Below are positions 25,626 to 39,066 of a stretch of 64,000 nucleotides of DNA, in pieces. The stretch is from positions 56,172,001 to 56,236,000 of the forward strand of contig NC_059425.1 in assembly GCF_021028975.2 (NCBI RefSeq). The letters run 5' to 3'. Source of the stretch: Sphaerodactylus townsendi. Lineage: Eukaryota. The number at the start of each line of letters is the position of its first letter. Within the stretch, counting starts at the first letter, position 1. The notes under the pieces are model-generated. The model had not been told where the DNA came from, searched no databases, and saw only the letters and a list, made by a program, of their open reading frames with translations. The position numbers and the translations under genes were made by a program.

Positions 25626-26750
25626 GAGAGGCGCTGGGAAGGGAATTTCTTTCTTGACATTAATTTGTCTTACCTGTCTCTAGCATATCAATGCAGATCG
25701 CCGAGTCGATGTTTCGTTCTGTTCCCGCCAGAGCTATTCCAGATGAGAAAAATATCTGAGTTTTCATGGAGCGATTTGGGGAGACTCCGGTTCAGCCCGT
25801 GAAGCTTGTTGGCCAGTGTTCCTCAGTCTAACCTGACTTTGCAGGGTGATGAAGGGAAGAGCCAGGCATGATCACCTAAGAAGAAAGGCGAGATAAATGT
25901 ATTGTAGATACAGCAAGGAATTCCTGGTTTTCCTTTGCTTATGAAATATGGACAGGTTCAGCGGTTTTGTCCCTTGAATCCTGGGATTATAATGGCATTA
26001 TTTATGTTGGGAAAGGCTTGCATTTCTACCTGCTCTACAGCCTGATCTTGTACACAGACATGTTTAAAAGGCACGTTGAAAACATTTGAGTCCTAACTTG
26101 GCATAAGCTTGGGCTGTTAGTAGACTAAAACTTCAGTCCTATATATACATGGGAGTTAGGTTCTGTTGAATTCCACTGACTTACATTTGAAGAAATATGC
26201 ATATGATATATAACACATGTTCATCCTGATCCAATGCTGTTAGCTACATTTTATGCAAATTGAAATGAGTAGGTTTAGACAGGTCTAACTTTAACCTAGA
26301 CTTGCTGCTTTATTATTTCCACCATTTATACCTTCTATTTCAACATGTTAACATGTAATACTGTAAGAAAAATAGAAATAAAATATACAGAAATGTTTTG
26401 TCATTGGACAACAGTATTTGAGTATCCAGGAATGGGCCTCTGATAATAGCCCCTCGGTTACTAAAAGCCACAAAAAGATTTTTAGAAAGTGCAAGAGAGT
26501 ATTTGTGTATTAAATGTATCAGTATAAAACTTTTGTGTACAGCTGACTACCTGGACCTGCAGGAATATGGAGGTGTAGCATTGGAGGGTTTTTTCTCCTT
26601 TTTGAAAAAAGGACAACCATCTAAGATACTTAATTGCTCCATTCTTTCATTCATAAATTTTTGAAAGGGAATAGGCACATTTGTTATTTGAATGTGTCAT
26701 CTTTCTCTACCAAACAGTCTCTTAGCACTATCATTTTAAATATTTTTCAG

Positions 26751-26783
26751 GACATTAAAGATGTATTGGAAGAAGCAAAGCAG
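26751..26783 (+). CDS. TATDN3: TATDN3 exon 2 (33 nt)
   Basis: tttttcag|DIKDVLEEAKQ|gtttgt. Confidence 0.88.
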
Positions 26784-26890
26784 GTTTGTTGTTTTTGTAA
26801 TTACTTCACAGTGTAAAGTTTTAGCAGCTTATACTGAAGCTCTGCCTTTAGTTTTAGAAAGCTTGCACAGAACTGAACGTTCAGATCCAG

Positions 26891-27040
26891 CAGTGGTGTA
26901 GTGCCACGGGGGCGGGTGTGTGTTCACAAGTTGCACCAGGTGCACGCCAGTGCAGGGGGGTTTCTGTGGCAAGGCGGGGCATTCCGGGGTGGGCAGGGGC
27001 GCAGGGCACAGCGTGCCCTGGGCGCAGTTTCCCCTCGCTA
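26891..27040 (+). mobile_element. GC-rich DNA transposon/MITE fragment
   Basis: Begins CAGTGGTGTAGTGCC (hAT-like end); abrupt GC-rich block in an AT-rich intron; second TIR truncated. Confidence 0.5.
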
Positions 27041-27302
27041 ATATCCAATATGTTTGACTGCATGCAGTGGATTCAGCGGTGCATTTCCACAGTCATAAGG
27101 TCCCCTCTCTCCCAGGATTTCAAGGACCATTTTTGGCTGCTGCCAGTTCAGGAAGTCCCTGTACCTATGAAAACATGTTGTTGGAAACACATAGATCAAG
27201 ACATAACAGGATAAATATAAAAATCTCCTTAATTCCAGATCGGGTTGTAAAACTTCTTGCTGTTGTTCTGGAAATTAGCTAACTTATTTCTTGTTTTTTC
27301 AG

Positions 27303-27376
27303 GCTAAAGTTTTAGCCCTGGTGGTAGTTGCTGAACATTCAGGAGAGTTTGAAAGAATTATTCAGCTTTCAGAAAG
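27303..27376 (+). CDS. TATDN3: TATDN3 exon 3 (74 nt)
   Basis: ttttttcag|AKVLALVVVAEHSGEFERIIQLSE(R)|gtacca. Confidence 0.93.
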
Positions 27377-28303
27377 GTACCAACATTTCCAGTTTTTCTG
27401 CCTTGCTGGAAATAAGTTCCAGGCTAGGATCCAAAGAACCTGGGATTCTAAATCCTCCCAGTTTAGAATCTTGGTGTATGTGGAGGAAATAGATTCCAGT
27501 TTGATCAGTTACCTGTGTCCAGACTTTGTGGAGTTCAACTGATGGCTTCCAAAACCAGGAACCTTTTCATTTCCTTCTGCAAATAAAGAGGGGAGGAGAA
27601 CATGCTAGTGCAGAAATAAGCCAGTTTTGGGCCTGTCACTAACAGAAATTTTGTTTTGACATCTGACTGACTGTTGCCAGAAATCTCACTGGATGTTCAC
27701 AAATCTATGTTCCAAATATAAATATTTTGAATTTGTACCATATTTTACTGGAAAACCTGAGCAATTTAATATAATTGATTCCATGACAATATAGCAAATA
27801 AAACTGTGTAGTAGGTAAAAATGTTGGACCTGGCCCAACCAAGCCCTCTTTCAAATGCACACTCACTGCTCACTGATGCTTCCTTGACCAGTCATCATCT
27901 TGTATAGTTTATCATTTGTTTTACAAGAGGGTTGTGAATATGAAATAGGAAAAACCTGAGCTCATTGGAGAAAGAGTGTGAGATACTAATAAGTACATAA
28001 GTAGGACTGTGTTGCTGTAGTTTGCATAGAAGTGTTGAAATTGATTCTAAGACATATCTAAAAATCAGGAGCTTGCTGCATCTGGAAAAAAAGGGTGATT
28101 GTTTGAATGGAGAAATAGCAGAAGGAAAAATAAAGCCAAGGTTTTTTTTCTTTCATTATTCAGGTCAAGACATTTTTTTCTTAATTTGTACCATTGATTG
28201 GAATAATAAAGGATGTGTTATCTTTTCCCTTCCTTCTTATTAGCAGTAATATGGGGAGTTTGTATTCTCCCGTCCTCTCCTTTAATACATTCTTTGTATG
28301 CAG

Positions 28304-28388
28304 GTATCCCGGATTTGTCTTTTCATGTCTGGGTGTTCATCCAGTACAGAGAACACCAACAGGACATGAGCGCAGTGTTACTTTAAAG
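28304..28388 (+). CDS. TATDN3: TATDN3 exon 4 (85 nt)
   Basis: tgcag|YPGFVFSCLGVHPVQRTPTGHERSVTLK|gtaatg; TatD GxHP motif. Confidence 0.94.
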
Positions 28389-29662
28389 GTAATGTGAAAA
28401 CAAGTTAAATTGCTGTAACTACTGATAATTTTCTAATAGCATTTCTCGGTTTGCTCAGTGTTTTGTAGTCTTTCTTACATCTAGCATTGTAAACAATGCA
28501 GTAGTAACTATGATTCTCTTACTACAGATGGGGAACTGTGATCAAGGGACAGTTGGTTGTCTCAGATCACACAGCTGTTTCACCCAAACTTAAAATATAA
28601 TGTCTCATAAAGTAAGATTCCTCATGGTTGTTTTGCTCCAACCCTTGGGTTTTGGGGAAAACGTCTACATGATGTCATATATTTTCATCATGTTTCTGTG
28701 ACTTCTGAATTTCTGTGATATTTTTTTTTTAAAGATTGGCAGCCGAAGAACATGTGTACAGTATGTGGACAGGAATGTCCAAAGTTTTTCAGGCTCTTCC
28801 TGCATCAGCACCATTTTCCTTCATCAGCTCCTCATAGCTGCTGTTTCCTTCACCACCACAAGAGGTCTTTTCCATTAGTTTTGTTTAAATTGGAAATTGA
28901 TGTATCATATCATTGTAACATTATAATAGTAATCTAATAAGTAATAAGAATCTACTAGTTCCTCTGAATTCCCAGCTTTTGTTAAAAAAAGAAAGAAATC
29001 TGTACCACATATTGTTGTAAAGGTATGAAGGGAAAGGCAATGGGGTAATTTCCCCTTGTGGGTTTATTTTTGGATTTACTTTTTTAAAATGAAAGTTGGG
29101 AGTTTAGAAGAATTAGTGAATTGTGACAATAGATTGTTATAATGTTATGATGCTTAAGTGATATTGTAGAAAATGCCCTCTGGTGGGGGTGGGTAATGGT
29201 GCCTGTAGGATGTTGAGGCAAGGAAAGTACAGTGAAGACAATCCATTATCCCGACAAAGAAATGGTGCCAGTAGAAATAAGCTGGGTCAGTAAAGGGTTA
29301 ACTAACTTTGGACAGAAACCAGTTCTAGTGCTGCCTTGAGGTTTTCCTTCCTTTTGAGGTTTCCCTTCCTTTAAGGGGTGTGGATAGAATAAACTCCTTG
29401 CACACAATTCCATGTCTTTCAGAACAAGAGAATGAGAGACTTTTAAAAAATGAAAGACATTCAGATGGCAGGTGTGGTGCATCACTGTATCTCGTTGTAT
29501 TACAACACTGAATAACTCATCATTTCAAGTTGCATCCTTGTTTTGTTAATCTGAAAAATTATCCCGCCACCTACGTGTTCACATTTGACAATCTTGTAAG
29601 ACTTGCAGAACCAGTGACTACAAATATCCAAATTCTAGGTTTTTGACCCAAGGTCAGCACCA

Positions 29663-29965
29663 GGAGCAGCAGTGGCGTAGGAGGTTAAGAGCTCGTGTAT
29701 CTAATCTGGAGGAACCGGGTTTGATTCCCAGCTCTGCCACCTGAGCTGTGGAGGCTTATCTGGGGAATTCAGATTAGCCTGTACACTCCCACACACGCCA
29801 GCTGGGTGACCTTGGGCTAGTCACAGCTTCTCGGAGCTCTCTCAGCCCCACCTACCTCTCAGGGTGTGCCGGTATAAGAGGGGAAGGGCAAGGAGATTGT
29901 AAGCCCCTTTGAGTCTCCTACAGGAGAGAAAGGGGGGATATAAATCCAAACTCTTCTTCTTCTTC
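29663..29965 (+). mobile_element. Full-length tRNA-derived SINE (Squam3-like)
   Basis: A box TGGCGTAGGAGG, B box GGTTTGATTCCC, (CTT)n tail; retained CpGs suggest a young copy. Confidence 0.85.
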
Positions 29966-30097
29966 AGGTTATGTAAAGGAAGACCTCAATGGGTCAATTT
30001 CATATTGTGTTGGAGCACACCGACCTTAAACACAGATCCAGATGAGACACAAGGCACCCATGTTTCTCCTGCACTCACTCTCAAATTCCCCTTACAG

Positions 30098-30160
30098 GAT
30101 CTGGATGAAGCACTGCCACTCATAGAACTCTATAAGGACCGCTTGTTGGCCATTGGAGAG
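30098..30160 (+). CDS. TATDN3: TATDN3 exon 5 (63 nt)
   Basis: cttacag|DLDEALPLIELYKDRLLAIGE|gtgagt. Confidence 0.94.
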
Positions 30161-31420
30161 GTGAGTAGAATCTTGACTCTTTTTAAAAATGTTTAAAGTG
30201 TTCATTCTTGCCTTTGAAGTTAGGAATGCTTGGTCTTAATTTTTTTTCTGTTACACAAAGCATTTTAGTGAAGGATAGAATGTGCTATTGTGTAGACAGC
30301 TGCATGACAGGAGCGCTCGCATGTCATTTTCTGTGAATAAACCTACTAGAAAGTTGCAGTTGGTTGCAGCTTCCCAGTTTATAAGCTCAGTTCACACATA
30401 ATACGAGACTGTGGCTTATTTTATCTGTAGCTTGTGCAACCAGGCTCCTGCTAAGAGATTCTTCCTGTTTTGCCTATTCTTGGTTTTTCCTTCTTTATTA
30501 AAAACACTGGCTCTTATCTCAGCCTGCATTGCAACAACTGTCACTGGTTGTTGACACTGTGAGTATGGGGGAGTATGGAAAACAGCCATTTATTCATACC
30601 CACTTAACTTCCTTGGTTTTTGGGTTAACCCTTTCCTTACACTTTGTGTATAAGTGGGGTCGTGTGATTATTACAATCTTGCCAAAACTTTCCAGTGTCC
30701 AACAGACCACCCATCCCCCCATTCAAGTTTCATCCTATAATGGGAATCCTTGTTTCACATCCTGCTGTTGGAGGTCACCTTACACTGTTCCAGTTATGAG
30801 GCAGGTCTGGGGAGTGATGCTGTTTCCAGACACTTTCACTGGGGGCTGAGGTGACAGGAGAAAGGCTCATGCCTCCCACAGCTGTGCTACTGATGTATGG
30901 CTCCTAGGCAGACTGCGGAAACACTGCCAATGGAGCCAGCCCTACCATTGGCGCTTCAGCTGCCCTGGGATGGAGCATGCCAATGTTTCTGCACCTTAGA
31001 GACGAGCAGGAATGAGGATGCTGACCTATATGCCACTACTGCACTAAGCAAACCTGCCTGTGGCCTGAGGAGCCTCACACTGAGTGGCTCATCCTTCAGT
31101 TAGGTTGATTGAAGTCTTCTTGAAACAGCGGGGTTTCCTTCAGCTATAGTATGAGACTGCTCACTGCTAGTGAGATGTGATGAAAAGCAGTTTCAGTTCT
31201 GAGCTCACACCAGGCACCTCTGATGCCCAAGGAGTGTGAGGAACAGTGAGGCAGGATTGAGCCAGGATTCCCTATTTGTACGTGAAACTAGTAAATTTTG
31301 TGTATTTATTCCAGCACTTTACCCTGCCTTTTTCCCCCAGGAAAGAAAGTGGTTCCTACTCACATGCTGGAATAAATTGTGACCTATTCCACCACAACCC
31401 TATTTTTTTTTTTGCTGCAG

Positions 31421-31530
31421 GTTGGTCTGGATTTCACTCCTAGGTTTGCCAGCACTGATGAACAGAAGGAAGAGCAGAGACACGTCTTGATCAAACAGAT
31501 TCAGCTAGCAAAACAACTTCATCTGCCTTT
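31421..31530 (+). CDS. TATDN3: TATDN3 exon 6 (110 nt)
   Basis: gctgcag|[36 protein letters not shown](L)|gtaaga; completes the GEVGLD motif. Confidence 0.94.
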
Positions 31531-31854
31531 GTAAGACTTGTGGGTATTTCCAGAGTGCTGCTTGCATTTTTTAGAAAAGCAAAACACCAAATTCTTGAGA
31601 GTGTGCTGTAGCAGAAAGAAAAGAAAAGCCCTGTGGCACCTAGGAATACTAGAAAAGCCCTGCTGGACCAGTGATCCATCTAGGGTAGCATCCTGTCTCA
31701 CACCGTGGCCAGCCACTTACTCTACAAGGAAATGGAGACTGAAACCTTCCCCTGATGTTTCCTCTTTGGACTGGTATTCAGGTGCTTACTGCCTTTGAAT
31801 GTAAAGGTTCCCCTTACTCGCCATGCCAGTAACCATGACAAATGGACCCAGATC

Positions 31855-31995
31855 GTTAGCATAAACTCTCATGGGTTTTGTCAGATGCATCTGATGAAGA
31901 TCGTACATCTAATGAAGTGGGATCCTGGCCTATAAAAGCTCATGCAAAAAATGAGTGTGTTAGTCTTCACGGTGTCCGCAGACTCTTCTTTTGTT
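31855..31995 (+). mobile_element. Penelope-like element terminal repeat remnant
   Basis: CTGATGA/CTAATGA-AGTGGG...AAAGCTCATGC...GTTAGTCTTCACGGTG resembles reptile Penelope ends; short inverted partial copy upstream. Confidence 0.65.
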
Positions 31996-32031
31996 TCAGA
32001 CCCTTTGTTATTATTAGCATCTGTTGTGATA

Positions 32032-32313
32032 AAAGGTAAAGTTTCCCCTTCAGTCGTTTTCGACCCTGGGGTACCACTGCAAGCAGTGATTTCATAGGCA
32101 AGCCGTTTTTGTGGGGTAGTTTGCCATTGCTTTCCCTGACTATTCTTTACCCCCTAGCTATGTGCTAGGTACTCATTTACTGACCAAGGAATGGATGGAT
32201 GGCTGAGTTGACCATGAGCCATCTGCCAGGATATCTGACCTCCAGGGGGCTCGAACTCCTGACTATGTGAGTGGCAGTGCAAGCACTTTTAACCACTACG
32301 CCACTCGGCTCCC
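32032..32313 (-). mobile_element. Sauria SINE (Squam1-like), full length
   Basis: tRNA head GGGAGCCGAGTGGCGTAGTGGTTAA on minus strand, ACCTTT tail, perfect 12-bp TSD TCTGTTGTGATA (32020-32031, 32314-32325). Confidence 0.88.
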
Positions 32314-32693
32314 TCTGTTGTGATAGTCTAATCCAAAACCACCCATGAAATGGGGCAGTTAAACCAAACAAATTACATAAAGCTGAAGTGTGGCTCCTCG
32401 CTCTTCAATTGGTAGCCTGCCACAAGACCCTTTCACTAAGCAGTCAGCCAGAGACCAAGGCACAAGCCTCTGGCCCTCCTGGCAAGGTAAGATGCTCACC
32501 AGGCTAGTTTTAGAAAATTAATTTGGTAGCTGTGACCAATAAAGGCCAAAGTACTGGATTCAAATTAAAGCCTTCTGAATTCTAAGATACCACAAAATAT
32601 AATGAAAATGATTTATTAAAATTGTGCTAGAGTAGGAATAAAAAAGCAGTGAACAGTGAGGATAAAATAACAAAGCTCCTTTTAAAAGACGGG

Positions 32694-33155
32694 CAGCCCA
32701 ATCCTGGGAGGGGAGGGCAAATGGGCTCTGGCAGCCAGCGTGGGGCTGTGTGTGCCAGCATCTTTGCTCACCCTGCCAGCATAAGTGACACACCAGCAAG
32801 GAGGGCAAACTGGGAACCAAGGACCTTGATGGAACCCAACCCAGAAGAGAGCCTGGCCTCCAGAGCTAAATTGGCATCCAAGAGGCCACAGGTATAGCTG
32901 GGAGTGTTACTGGGGGTAGAGCTGACTGTCAGCCAGCTTCCACCAGGCTTTGGAGCTGGGAACGTTCCTTCATAGCCCTCAAATTTATGCCACCAAGGGT
33001 GGTGTAAGACCATTTGGGCCATGGAGGACTTCCAGGGGGCCAGGGAGTTTCTGGCTTTTGCTGCCTCCCTGTGCCGCCTGGAAGTCCTCTGGAGGTGGTG
33101 TGGCAGCACAGCAGCAGTGCTGTCCTTTGCTCCCTGAGCCCTGTGCGTTGGGCTG
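32694..33155. mobile_element. MITE with CAGCCCAA...TTGGGCTG termini
   Basis: 8-bp inverted termini bounding a GC-rich block. Confidence 0.55.
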
Positions 33156-34061
33156 TTAGTAGACATCTATAAGCATTGGTTCAGTTATCAAGATGTTACC
33201 CAAAAGGCTGAGTTCTTTCAGCAGTCAAAATTCAAGATAAGGTTTCTTTCTGGCCAGCAAGACCCACCAGCAAGACAAGATGCAAGGGATAGGGTGTGCG
33301 CTTAGGCCGAAGCTCATGATCAAACAGGGAGCAAGGAAAAATTAGAATGATAAATCTAAGCTATATGTTCAGATACGTGTGTTGGCCTGATCCTGGTTGG
33401 CCAATCAAATGTGTGGTCAATGATGTCACTTGGCTAACAAAACCATGTGACCTAGAGCTCAGAGGAATTTTCTAATGTGACTAGGCAACTCTGCAACAAT
33501 GTCCAGCCTCCTTATCAAAGCCTCTCTCCCACTATGATCTCAGGGGTTAATTAGACAGAATGCATCCTTGGAGCTGAGTATACTTAGTGGTGTGAACACA
33601 CCTGGATTCCCATCTCCCTTATCTAAGTCTCTGCAATTGTCAACAACAAGAAACTTCCATCTTTACTAGGTCTCTGAGAAGTCTGAATTGTTTCTGTACT
33701 TCAAAAGAATGCTGTTGGATCACCTTGGATCACAATAAGCAGCATTTCCCCATAACCTTTGTATAGGGTTTTGCAATCTTTACAGGCACTATAACAAATA
33801 AAGATGTTCTCCCCCTCCCCTTTTGCTTTTATATATAGCTAAGTGATGGTCAAAAATTAATTCTGTTTAGACAGATTTGTCTTGTCCTGAAAGCTTTGGA
33901 GTGGATAACAGTAAGTTAAAAATTTCCAACCTGAATCAAACTTACACGCATAAGAATCAAGCTTAAAAGCATAAGTAATTTGTTTATCCAGTCCTGAAAA
34001 AGCTACCCGGGTCTGCCAAAATCTCCTGCTGCTAGTTCTTTGTACTTTTTTGTTTACCTAG

Positions 34062-34117
34062 GAATGTCCACTCCCGCTCAGCTGGAAGGCCAACCATTAA
34101 GCTCTTAAAGGAGCAAG
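34062..34117 (+). CDS. TATDN3: TATDN3 exon 7 (56 nt)
   Basis: ttacctag|NVHSRSAGRPTIKLLKEQ(G)|gtatca; TatD HxR motif. Confidence 0.94.
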
Positions 34118-35911
34118 GTATCATTTGTTTTATTTTATGGTATAGATTGATTTATATTTTAACGCCAAACTTTGTTGGCAGCAAATAGCAGCTCTTTGGG
34201 GCTATTTCAGGTCAGGAAAAACAGCACTGGGGAGAGGCGTAACCTTTCCCTGCACCATCGTCCAGATCCAAAGTGGGCAGCTGTGCACCCAAAAATTAAT
34301 TTTAAAAATCACCAGGAGTGCTGAACATGGAACTCCTAGAATGTTTCCAGTCTGGTACTCTGTTGTGATAGTTCACCATGTATCTGTGTGGAAAATGCTT
34401 GTGTGGGTTCCTCTGAGTCTGTTGGACAAGAAAGCAATGCATCCTCATGGTCCAGAAGTTTTTCAGGGTACCTGCCTCAGAGCCACAGGGCTCCTTCCTT
34501 ATGGACGTGCATACTGGCGGAGGCTCTCAGCAGTTCATATCATAGAATGCTTTTCCAGCTTGATTGAAAGCATGACAATGCCGAGGAAGACAGCGTGCCA
34601 TTTCCCATGTTTCTGGCACATTGTTTATGTTTTTGTCAAGGGATTTGCAAATCAGCATTCAAGTTACATAATAAGACTGAATGCATTTGCTTGCGGAAAA
34701 ATGTCTGTTTGACGGTCCGTAATTTTCAAATGGCAGATAAGAAGTGTATTCTTGAGCAGTAAGCCTGGAAAAATGTTTTCTTCTGACTAGCATTTTTGCA
34801 TATTGCATTGAATCCAGTGGAAAAGGTCATAAAAGGAGCTGGCAGAGCAGATTTTTCTCCTCCTTAACTTTCTCCAAAGGTATCGGGTGCCTTGCAAACA
34901 AACAAAATGCAACATTTGCCTCCTTTCTCCTCCTGCACTGATACAAGCTGCCTATGAAAGAGAGTGAGGGTGATTCCTTTCTGATTTCCCCTCATTGCTA
35001 TGGTCCTCCATGCTATAGTGCATTATATATTCAAAGTTTCCTGAAGCTTACATTGTCCTTCTAAGCAGAGCTGCACCCTTGTAAGCCCATGGAAGTCAAT
35101 GGGTATAACAGTCACATAAGATTTTCAGGACAAGCAGTTGGGGAAGATGGGGACAGGTGTGCTCTGTCAGTGCCTTCTACGATCTTTTCCACTGGATCCA
35201 GTTCATTAAGTTGAAAATGTCGTGGAACTTGAACTCACTGAAAGATTTATTTTAGCAGAATGCTCCAGTGCATTCCTCTCCTTTCTTCCAGAATTCCCTC
35301 AGTCCGTTCATGACTAAACGAAACCTTTTGGGTTCTTTTGAGTTCTTAAAAGTAAGCTCCACAAGTGATTTTTTATTACATAGACCAAAGGGTAAGGTCT
35401 GGTGCACCTGACACACTCCAGCTTTAATATCCTGTAAGCTGCTTCTGCTTCTTTTTTTTGTATAGGCCCAGCTGGAAATGTTGACCAGCCATGTCAGAAG
35501 ACATGATTTGAATCTTCAATACTGACTAAACTAGGAATGTCAATCTGCCCCCTTCTGATGCCCCCGCACTAGATTTTATACCATCTCCGGCACTGCCCTG
35601 TAATATATCTTTGTTTTTGGCATTGCTGGTTCCCTCCCAGCCTTAGGATCTTGTGCCATTGATTAATAATGATTAATATTGATTAATAGGGATTTTATGA
35701 TAATGCTGCTATTGTGTTTTGAGGGATTTTCATGTTTAATATTTGTAACTTGTATTTTATTGTACACTGTTTGTTATTGTACACCTCCCAGAGCCCTTCG
35801 GGGGTTGGGCGGCCTATAAAATCTAATAAATAAATAGATAGATACATGTGCCACTGCAGACAGCTCTTTTGAACATTTGTCTACTGCCCTGACTCCTATG
35901 GTTGTCTATAG

Positions 35912-36024
35912 GTGCTGAGAGAGTGTTGCTCCATGCATTCGATGGCAGGCATTCAGTAGCCATGGAAGGGGTGAATGCTGGATATTTTTTCTCCATCCCT
36001 CCTTCCATTATAAGGAGTGAACAG
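35912..36024 (+). CDS. TATDN3: TATDN3 exon 8 (113 nt)
   Basis: ctatag|[37 protein letters not shown]|gtgaga. Confidence 0.94.
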
Positions 36025-36709
36025 GTGAGATTCAAGGGAGAATGGTGCCCTTCTAGTATATGGGGATGTTGGGACATGATTCACCATTTGTCCACTGTTG
36101 AAAACACATGGGTGTTGTCAGTACAGGTCTGTGTGCATTTTTTAAAAATCCAGATCTCCAGCATCTCGCAAAAGCAGTGAATCATAATGTGAAGTAGCTA
36201 ACACCCTTTCTTCATTTTACACAAGATTCCATGCTGGGGGGTTTTATGTGTAGTGGGTCTCACACTCACTTAATTGGACATAAGTCTGCATCAGTGGACA
36301 GCCCAACAATAATTGTATATATCTTAAGAGATTATTCTAGGGTTTGTAAGTTTTAGGCATCAAGAAACCTTCCTGCAAGTTAAAGGTCTGGTGGAAGACT
36401 CCATGCTTTTCTGAATGGAGTGGTAGATACAGAACAATGTAAAAGATTCAATATGCCCTTTTCTGGCTCTGGTTTTATTGCTGATTTTTTTTGTTAGTGT
36501 TAGATTTTCCCCCCTGCTTTTGTTAGGATATAAAAGTGTGTTTTATTGTGTTTGTTTTATCTTCGTGTGCAGGTCTTTTTCTGTTGCACTAATACGTGCA
36601 CTTTTTATGGTGATGTGGGATTTACATACGTTTAATAATATAAATTTTGTTGGTTATTGTGAATTTTCTGGGTTGTGTAACTACAATCCAGTGGTTTAAG
36701 CTCTTCATG

Positions 36710-36775
36710 ACCACACAGCCTGGAAAACGCACAACAACCTGTTGATTCTGGTCAAGAAAGCCTTCAACAGTACAA
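36710..36775 (+). mobile_element. Penelope-like element 3' end fragment
   Basis: CACAGCCTGGAAAACGCACAACAACCTGTTGATTCTGGTCAAGAAAGCCTTCAACAGTACA; overlaps in sequence with the 47756 fragment. Confidence 0.6.
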
Positions 36776-36935
36776 ATATAAATTTTGTTAAAAGAGATGA
36801 GTCAATTGAAAATTCAGTCAATTTGAGTCAATTGAATTCAGTCAAAATGAGTCAATTGAAAAATACCAACAGCCTGTCTTTTTGCAGTTTTTGCTTAATC
36901 TGTAACATTAATTGCTTTTTATGATTTTCTTCAAG

Positions 36936-37016
36936 AAGCAGAAGCTTGTGAAACAGCTTCCTCTAGAATGCATTTGCTTAGAAACAGACTCTCCTGCACT
37001 AGGTCCTGAGAAACAG
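36936..37016 (+). CDS. TATDN3: TATDN3 exon 9 (81 nt; alternative tandem acceptors possible)
   Basis: ttcttcaag|[27 protein letters not shown]|gtaaat; catalytic ETD motif. Confidence 0.9.
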
Positions 37017-38187
37017 GTAAATAGCCACCTGCAATATTTCTTTACCAAGATCATCAATAGAGAATTGTTTTAACATGCAGCGGCAAGGCATATGATATCA
37101 GCAGAAGTCTGAGGCACTGAGTGGGAAAGAAGGGAGATGTGCCGATTTTATCCTCCACTGGCAAATCAGTTGAGTGCTGTTTCTAAGCCAGGTAGAATAT
37201 TATCTCCAGGTATGATGCACTCATGCCATCACCATTTGCATGGGGTCTCAAACTGGGTGAGCACAGGTTCCGTTCACACTACACCATGTCAGCTCTATAA
37301 GGTGCAGTTCTCCTCATAAATGGAGAAGAAGCAACCTTAACTTCTGATGCAGCCAACCTTCCTTAAACCAGTTTCCCAAACTGAAAGTCCCTAGGCAGAG
37401 GAGGGAAGGGAGAATCTCATGAAGCTTGGTGAATTGCATGGATTGGCTGCTCAGTTGTCCCACAGCACTACAAACATGGTGGAAGTGATGTGTGGGCAAA
37501 CAATTATGATAAAGATGGAGGAAGGCAGACCTGAAGAGTCCTTGGCTATGGAGGCAGAGGGCTTTATAGATTAGCAGGTGGATTTAGTCCTGAGAAAGGA
37601 TAGAAGGGTGGAACCTGTTGAAATTCACAGTGCAATTCTAAATTGCTTTATACCCTTCTGAGCCTCTTGAGTTTTGTGGATTTAGGCAGGTGAAACTCAG
37701 TTTAGAATTGAAAAACTAGAAACTCCTACTTTAGAGATGCAGATGGAGCTGAAGAAGGGCTCTGCTGGATCAGATCAATGGTTTGTCTAGTCCAGGATAC
37801 TATTTCATGGAAAGGCCAACAAACAATGTTTGTGTGTTCTTTTTGTTTTTATGTATTTTATATGTTTGATCTGTATTTTAAACCTTGTTTTGGTTGCTAG
37901 CCATTTTAGAGTCAATAAGGTGGATGAAAAGAGTTTTACAGTCAAATGTATTAATTAACTAAATAAAAATAAGATAAAACAGGGTATAGAGGCCAAGGCC
38001 TTTGCCTGATTCCTAGCACTAGTATTGAGGGGTTAGCTACTTCTGTAAATGGAGGTTCTGTTTTGTTACCATGCCATAAGATTAGGAGAAGGCTGCAAGT
38101 AATAAGGCCTAAAGCAGGACACAATTGGAATCAATCAGAAGTGCAGTCAAACAACATGAGACTTATCCTCTTACATTTATCTTTCAG

Positions 38188-38331
38188 ATGAGAAATGAAC
38201 CAAAGAATATCTTCATTGCTGCGGAACACATTGCTAAAATTAAAGGAATTTCAGTAGAAGAAGTTCTAGAAAGGACAACACAGAATGCTCTGAAACTCTT
38301 CCCCAAACTGAAAAGCGTTCTCCAGAAATAG
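38188..38331 (+). CDS. TATDN3: TATDN3 exon 10, last
   Basis: ctttcag|[47 protein letters not shown]; candidate ATTAAA at 38458-38463. Confidence 0.94.
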   Translation: MRNEPKNIFIAAEHIAKIKGISVEEVLERTTQNALKLFPKLKSVLQK

Positions 38332-39066
38332 CTTATGTGCTACAGTCAAAAGCAGACAATATTCTTGTAAAATGAATCAGATGTAGATCTAAGTTATTAT
38401 TTCATGTTATGTAGTTTCAAGTAATAATCTGTCTTGATTCTTCAGTGGAACAATTTAATTAAATACAGAATTATTTTAATCTTTTCTGTTGTCTAGCATT
38501 ATTTAGCTTTTCCTAAATAATGCCTGTATAATATGCTCCGTATTTAATGTCTATGTATATTAATCTGGTTAGCGTCTAATGAAAGTGCAATTTGGGATCA
38601 AGTTATTGTAGTCCGTTATTGCTTTGTGTGTCCTGCTGTCTCCCATGCAGCTGAATGAGGCATCCATGGCCTTTGTCCTGACAATAGCCCTGTGAAATAA
38701 GTGAGGGGAGAGACCCACGCTGGGATCTTTGAGGCTGAATGGGAATTTGAACCTGGGTTTTCATGTTTAACAAAAATATATATAATGAGCCAGAGACAGT
38801 AATTTACAGAAGGGAAAAGAACCTGTCTGGCTCTAGTGCGAACTTAAAAACTCTATTTTTAATTAAGATAATTAAAACATTTATATAACAGAACCACAAC
38901 TCTTAATCAACAGCAAAGTATACATATAAATAACAACAAATAATACACACCCGGGGGATCCCAAAGACAACAATATCAAGTCTCTGTAATAAAGGTATCA
39001 CTTTCAAAGAGATCCACTAATGGTGTAGATGTGAAGGATACCAAGTGTCTGATGCCTGTAAATACG

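Noticed and set aside
34118-34127. U12-type intron after TATDN3 exon 7
   Set aside because: Donor GTATCATT differs from GTATCCTT, and no TCCTTAAC branch point lies near the acceptor.
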